Part shown: in pieces, positions 54,119 to 64,000 of the stretch
Numbering within the stretch: the stretch's first letter is position 1
Layout of the letters: every line of letters begins with the position of its first letter
Source: Eledone cirrhosa
Taxonomy: Eukaryota
Direction: 5' to 3'
Assembly: GCA_964016885.1 (NCBI GenBank)
Contig: CAXHJY010000075.1
Location: forward strand, 62,001-126,000
DNA: 64,000 bases
Position numbers and translations under genes: made by a program
Notes under the pieces: model-generated
What the model was told of the DNA's origin: nothing
The model's database searches: none
Seen by the model: only the letters and a program-made list of their open reading frames with translations

Positions 54119-54903
54119 AGGTTTAAGCCTGTCTACGGAACAGGTTTGATTTTGAAATTTAAATTTGTCCAAGCACCACGGCCATTGCCAATACAATTTG
54201 TTTTTGTTGATTTATGATGTATTATCTTAAGTCATGATAGGCAAACTGTAATATTATTATTAGTATATTTCTATCTAGCTAACTTGGTCATTTACAATAC
54301 ATACATAAATATGAGGATTTGTTTATCAAATATATTGATTTGTGTTAACCTATATTACACGGCTCAGAATAGTCTTTCTTTGAGCTATTTCATTGTAAAT
54401 GATCGCCTGAGATTTGAACTCATTATTATTGATTTTACACTGCTCCTTCGTTGAGCTGATTTTAGCCCCATACAAACGGCTGTTATTTCTAGCAGCACGA
54501 GTATGTGGCTAGCTAGACACTGGATAACCGCATGAGGTTACCTCGTGCGTTAAACAGTCTTCCTAAATATTTTGAAGTGGAACATACCAATTTTTATAGT
54601 GCTTGCTGAGGAGATCAAAATGCGGTATTCCTTCCACTTTTTCATTATTCGAAACATATTTGGATTTTAAGGTTTAAGCCTGTCTACGGAACAGGTTTGA
54701 TTTTGAAATTTAAATTTGTCCAAGCACCACGGCCATTGCCAATACAATTTGTTTTTGTTGATTTATGATGTATTATCTTAAGTCATGATAGGCAAACTGT
54801 AATATTATTATTAGTATATTTCTATCTAGCTAACTTGGTCATTTACAATACATACATAAATATGAGGATTTGTTTATCAAATATATTGATTTGTGTTAAC
54901 CTA
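54119..54903 (+). mobile_element. Partial tandem element (~550-bp unit) with a candidate HHR at 54601-54679
   Basis: 54119-54352 repeats at 54670-54903; gcuug CUGAGGA ga...uc GAAA c...g UU uaagc. Confidence 0.6.
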
Positions 54904-55020
54904 TATATATATATATATGTGAAGACAAACATAGAATATTCGAAAATATTCTGTATGTTTATAATAAACATAGAATACGTCACGTATTACAATTTGAGAT
55001 TCTCGATAAAAGCAAGGGAA

Positions 55021-55063
55021 GTAATCTACGCGTTTCATTCTTATTAGAAATCATCAGGATTAC
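55021..55063 (-). ncRNA. Type I hammerhead with extended stem I, inside a ~320-bp element (54915-55235)
   Basis: guaauc CUGAUGA u-uucu-aaua-agaa-u GAAA cgcg UA gauuac; flanked by 15-bp inverted arms ttctcgataaaagca/tgcttttatcgagaa. Confidence 0.9.
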
Positions 55064-56043
55064 ATATCCAATGCTTTTATCGAGAACGACACAGCTAGAG
55101 ACTTATAGAATACTTAGCTGTGTACAGGAACTGGTTTGAAAGAGCGGTAGCCGGTCCGGCAGAAATTAGAATTTGGATTTAATGCTCTGAAATAGCGATA
55201 TATATGTGAAGACAAACATAGAATATTCGAAAATATATATATATATATATATATACATGCACACACAGTTTTTTCGAAAAGTATTACCAACCAGGTGAAG
55301 ATACACTTCTTAATTTACCTATGTCAAGTGACGGAAAAACACTTTAAATTTATGTATGTACATACCTCGCCCTTTCACTCACTCACTCTCTGCTTCTCCC
55401 CCTCTCTCACTTCCTTCCGTTTGACCTGTGTGAAATCCTTTTCTCGCTCACATCTCACCCAGGTAGGATGGTCTTTACCTCTCGTCTATGATTTCACCGA
55501 ACTTAAGTTCATAGATATCACGGACTTGTTTCTCCTCTTCCTCTCTTTCCGTTGCATTACCATCTTCGTTTGTTTACATGTCTCGCTCGCTTCACCCTAT
55601 TTTACGTGTCCCAATAACTTTCTTTAGTTGTTGCTCGCACCAACCAGAGGTATATGATCTTTAAAGCGAAGAAATACCAATGAAGGTTGGAAGATTACTG
55701 ATGAAGGACTAATTTTATTCATATGTAACCCATGTGCAACCACGCAGCACTCCAATTTTCATATATATATATATATATGTGTGTGTTTGTGTGTGTGTGT
55801 GCGTGTATATATATATATATATATATATAATGTGGGTAATATTAAATATTATCCAATTACAAGTATGAGAATAGCTCAATGTGAAATCAGTATCACAGTC
55901 CTTTTTAATGTGATAAAGAGGAAATTTGAGTCCCTTCGGAGGAAAAATTACATTTTATGTCCTAGATTAGTACTTTTATTATAAATGGATCACATCGAAC
56001 TTATACATACGCACGCACACGCGCACGCACACACACGCACACA

Positions 56044-56091
<48 letters not shown>

Positions 56092-56127
56092 CTCACACAC
56101 ACTCACACACACGCATATATATATATA

Positions 56128-56397
56128 ATTGTTTCTACTTTTGCCAGCAATTACCCAGTACATTACTGGTACTTTATTTTATCGACCACGTAAGGATGAA
56201 AGGCAAAGTTAACATCGGCGGGATTTGAACTCAGAATGGTAAGGGCCGTAACTCTATGCGTCAAAGCATGGCGTCCGACCCTCTACCGATGCTGCCAATC
56301 CAGTGCACATAATGGTTTCTGATTTAGGCGGACGGCCAACAATTTTTGGGGAGGGGAAAGTCGATGAAATCGACCCCAGTGCGTAACTGGTACTTTT
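56128..56397 (-). mobile_element. SINE copy plus adjacent SINE 3' fragment
   Basis: Match to the dominant SINE. Confidence 0.8.
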
Positions 56398-56988
56398 GAT
56401 ATATATGTGTGCGTGTATGTATAGACACACACACACGCACACACACACACATATATATATATACATATATATAAAACTGTTGTTGTCAGTGTGTGTGTGT
56501 CCTCATTTTTGCAAAGTCTATACAAATCCACATTTCTACTCCGATTGATTTCAAACTTCCATTTATATATTCCTTGCGGTCTAAAGATACCAACTGCAGC
56601 TTTTATTTTTCAATTTTCTGTTGTTAAAGGGGTGTTAGGCGCCGGTTATCCATCTCCGTCGTTCCCTTATAATATCTGTCTGTATGTCTGGCTGTGTGCA
56701 TAACGACATTCTGACGAAAACGTCATTGCTGACGTATTATCTTCGCTGCATTCACTCACACACACACATAGATATATACATATATACTTATATATACATA
56801 TATATATACACATATATACATATACACACACATATATACACATATACATATATATATACACACATATACATATATATAAATATACACATAAAGATATATG
56901 TATATATACACACACGCATATATATATATATATATACATACACACACACACACACACATGCACATATATATATATGCATACATACACA

Positions 56989-58902
<1,914 letters not shown>

Positions 58903-58938
58903 ATATATATCACTATTTCAGAGCACCAATTCCAATTT

Positions 58939-59008
<70 letters not shown>

Positions 59009-59232
59009 CTACTGTACGTCTGTACATATATATGTATGTATGTGTACATACTTATATTTAAGTAACAGCCGTACTAAGAGTGGGAAATGAAATTTCGTTT
59101 CATTTTTCCGTTTATCGTTCTCGGTGCACCCGGCCGATTGGCCCGCTCGATATGCAAATTGGACTACTCAGCCGTTAATATGCATAAGGAAAGTATTACT
59201 TTCAGAAGTTCAATCATCTGGCAGGAAGGTAT

Positions 59233-59275
59233 ACGTTGCTGACGATAGCTAAAAAGCTTGAAACTAGTACAGCGT
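59233..59275 (+). ncRNA. Type I hammerhead inside a direct-repeat element (59003-59547)
   Basis: acguug CUGACGA u-agcu-aaaa-agcu-u GAAA cuag UA cagcgu; ~110-bp direct repeats at 59003-59115 and 59433-59547. Confidence 0.88.
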
Positions 59276-59574
59276 TCCTTTGTCAGTGTTGAACAAATGA
59301 GCAACGATGGTTGCTAGACACTGTACGGCTTAATTCGGGTTGTTTGTTTACAAACACACCGACCATTATAATAAATGTTCGGTGAATCCATACGTACATA
59401 TATATATATGTGTGCATGTATGTATATAAATATACATACTACTATACGTCTGTATACATATATGTATGTTACGTGTACATACTTATATTTAAGTAACAGC
59501 CGCACTAAGAGTGAGAAATGAAATTTCGTTTCATTTTTTCCGTTTATATATATACACACACACAGATATATTGT

Positions 59575-60271
59575 AGGTCGCTTTAACCCGTCTTTTATTA
59601 TTCAAAAAAATTCTTGCCAATAAACATTAACCCTTTGTGCGGCATTCATCTAACTGTAGACCAACAAATACCAAGTAAGCGGAGCGTTGACAAGAACGAT
59701 GGCGAATGAATCTTCAAGGCAAGCCGTTTCCTCCCGAGCTGTTAGTTCACGCGGGATTCTCTGCTACACCTTTTCGTAATAATACCGAACACCGTGGCCA
59801 CTCCTTCCTTCAAAAGCCTAACAAATCGGACATGCGCATCGGGTAGATGGATCGAGTGCAAATCTACACCAGCCCTACGCGAGAAATTCGCAAGGGACTG
59901 CACCGAGAGGGATAGAGAGAACGAGTAATTTAGTGGAAAGAGTACGAATGAACTTTTGAGGTAAGTAGCCTGCGCCTTACTGCTACGACACTGGAACCTT
60001 CTGCCAACTTAAGCTGTGACTTTCTCTTTCACATTTACTCCAAAAGGCCAAAACAGAGGAGTATGAAAAGAAGGGGCTCAACAATATTTCTATGAACAAT
60101 GCACGTAGACAGATAAACTGTACTTTCAACTCCTTAATTTTCTCCAAATAAAACAAGTTTGCAGTCGGTATATTTTCGTGAGTTTTTAACAGGCACTCAC
60201 AAATAAACGTTTCTCCTTGGAGGTGCTATTACCAATGTTCTTACCCGTGCAACGCTGGGATACACTGCTAG
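59575..60271 (+). mobile_element. Non-autonomous Helitron-like element (5' limit uncertain)
   Basis: 3' hairpin cccgtgcaacgctggg followed by CTAG-t. Confidence 0.55.
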
Positions 60272-60297
60272 TATATATATATATATATATATATATG

Positions 60298-60930
<633 letters not shown>

Positions 60931-60941
60931 TACTTTTGAAC

Positions 60942-61029
<88 letters not shown>

Positions 61030-61139
61030 TTGATATATATATATAAATTATAAGTTGTTAAGACGTGGTTACTTCACCATAAATGATATATATTTCTATG
61101 ATATGGTTATGCATGTGACTTCATCAGATGCTAGTACAA

Positions 61140-61385
61140 GTGATTCAGGACAATAGGTAAGGGTTAGCACGATTACCGAATTGAAGATAGCGAGTATGGC
61201 TTTTGCAATTATCTCTCTTCTTCTGATTACCGTATACGGTAACTGGCGAATTACCACACGAGCTCCTACAATTCTTGCACTTATTTCAGCCTCCTGCCAT
61301 CCATCACACGTGAACACGGCCTCGAGATATTTGAACTTCTCTGTCTACTTCAGTGAAACTCCATTCACAGATGACCCGAACGAGG
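61140..61385 (-). mobile_element. RTE-clade LINE internal fragment
   Basis: NGVSLK*TEKFKYLEAVFTCDGWQEAEISARI...AIFNSVIVLTLTYCPES. Confidence 0.75.
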
Positions 61386-61936
61386 TTGTTCAAGCTCCAA
61401 GCCTCAAACAACAATTGACATACTACTGTCACCGCTGGTCACTTTTCTTCAGCCGTAGTCATCTCGCTGTTTCCACGTTGTTTTTTGACGGTTCTTGTTT
61501 TGTTTTCCCCCATAAAACCTAGAGTTCCGTAGTAGGACTTGCTAAAGAAATGAGTTGTAAAGTCTTGACTGCAAACGCTTGGCTGAAAACCTTCGCCGGC
61601 TGACCTCCTCCGACATATAATTAGTTTTTTCCACCTACTCCTGCGGCAGTCTTCTGCTATTACAGTTACCAGCACTATTATATAATAGAAAATGAACTTT
61701 TCCTCCGAAGGTCTCAAATTTCATATCTATCGCATTAAAAGGATTACGTTTATCGGTTTCACTTCAGATCTACACTTACTCTTTTACTCTTTTACCTGTT
61801 TCAGCCATCCGGCTGAGGCCATGTCTACTTTTGTTAAAATGTGGTTATATATAAGAGTAAAAGTGTGACACGTCATACGGCAGGTAAATTTTGGCAGAAT
61901 ACATTTATTACTATGTCTAACGGTGATTAAATAATT

Positions 61937-62365
<429 letters not shown>

Positions 62366-62724
62366 TCTCCGTATCTATCTATCTATCTATCTATTATCCC
62401 TTTAAAAATCTAGCTGTCGTCTGTTCGATAGCGTAGACGTAATTCACTTCGCGCAGAAGTTTTGTTCCAATTTATTGCGGAAATTTTGTAAGTTTAATTT
62501 TAATTTTGATACTATTGTGTAGCTTGACCCCCCGTCTGAACTGTCAGGCGGTGGGTCAGCTCATTTTCGCCCCTCCCAGGGGTGAAAAACCTGTTTTTTA
62601 AAATTTTGTTGCATAAAATTTCAATTGTCTGGGAGAAATGTTAAACGAAGCTAACGAAAATAGTGGTGGGGGGACAGCAGTAAGAGTTGTAAGCTCGCAC
62701 GCTTTAGTCCCCCCCCCCCCCTTC

Positions 62725-64000
62725 CTTCCCAACTAACGTCATAGAGAAGGAAAGAAAAAATAAAATAAAAACAGACGAATGTACGGAGAAAAATGACGAA
62801 AACACAAATTTGGAGATTGATTCCAACAACAAAAAAAAATTGAAAGAATTGCATGACAATATTAATACCACAAACAAAGAAACAACAAACACAAAAATAA
62901 CATTTGAAAACAACATCATAACAGAAAGCAAAACAGACGACAAAGTCAACACCAATAATATCTCATTTGCACAAACAACAAAAAAATCTTTAACATATAT
63001 ACCTGAAAATATTTCAGATGTGGCACAAAGAATAAAAAACGCCAAACAATACATAACTCAAGGGGAAAATGGAACCTTATCGGTAAAAATGCCCCAAGAA
63101 CTCACCAAAGATATTGAAAGTCGGACGGTCGTTTTCCGCACCATCAACAACATCTCAAAAAAACTTCAACAACCAACACAAGCAGAAATTAAAGCAGTAC
63201 TTAGAGAAGTACTTAATGAAGCCACTTTCATAAGAAGAGACAGGCTGTATGGAAGCCTATCCATTATTATGAAGAACGAATCAGCGGCAAAAAAATATGC
63301 TTTGTCGCCGATTCGTTCGACAAATTTTACCTTTTATCCATCTCATATGGGTAAAAGAACTCAACGCATATGGCTGGATGCGATGATGCCAGATATGGAC
63401 TACTGCTGGCTCATAGCTGGCTTCATCGATCCAGCGAATGACAACGTGATTTCCATTGGGAAAACCACAGGCAATGCGTTCAGTGGAACAGGTATAGAAA
63501 TTGTAGTGCAAATGAAGCCTGAACGCATTGCCCAAATACCCGACAGAATCCTATTAGAGGGCCACGGGTATATAAACATTAGCGTGGAGGGGAGAAGGCC
63601 GTCCTGTCATATCTGTGCAGGCAGAGGGCACCTGAAGGCGGCTTGTCCCCAACTCAACAAGAAGAAAACCCTGCTACCAACACCAGCTCCACCACCACCA
63701 CAACAGATAAACAAACAACAAAACTCAGTCCCACCCAACCCGTCCCTCAGTAAAACTACACCACCACCACAACACAAACAGACACAACACATTACCCAAA
63801 AACAAAACACAGTCCCACCCAACCCCTCACTCAATAAAACAACACAACCACCGCAGCCACAACACACAACACAGTCTAACATAGTGACATCCATCTCCCC
63901 CACAAAGAAAACCAACACGGAAACATTACCAGCAAACATACCTCTTCCCTCCAACACTGAAGATAACCCAACGAATTCGGAGGAAGAAACGGAGTCCTTC
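62725..64000 (+). CDS. ORF1 of another Tx1-like element, open to the window edge (start codon uncertain)
   Basis: Manually read uninterrupted frame ...ISFAQTT...IESRTVVFR...YPSHMGKR...VEGRRPSCHICAGRGHLKAACPQ..LLPTP; missing from the ORF track because it has no stop in the window. Confidence 0.78.

Noticed and set aside
56710-56745. CTGACGA followed by a hairpin
   Set aside because: No GAAA/NUH half follows
61085-61135. Minus-strand CTGATGA...GAAA at the RTE breakpoint
   Set aside because: Stems I and II do not pair convincingly

Overview
Repeat-dense eukaryotic DNA, probably an octopod cephalopod (inferred from the dominant tRNA-derived SINE family; not verified). No confident host gene is present, only one weak candidate exon. 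1-24 kb holds decayed non-LTR retrotransposons (Tx1/L1-like, R4/Dong-like, CRE-like, RTE) and SINEs in (ATT)n-rich sequence. 26.5-61 kb is a nest of insertions in (TA)n tracts: a near-complete Penelope-like element (PLE; RT + GIY-YIG), two more PLE fragments, three head-to-tail Helitrons, a long-TIR element and many short non-coding elements. The main result is about ten sequence-distinct type I hammerhead ribozyme (HHR) motifs, found by eye, plus decayed ones. They include a 506/525-bp tandem HHR repeat resembling a non-LTR retrozyme and a recurrent U.U mismatch at the base of stem II. Other points: the SINE shares its 3' end with the Tx1-like LINEs, and one RTE appears split by about 31 kb of nested insertions. 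Element boundaries are approximate and all structures are manual predictions.
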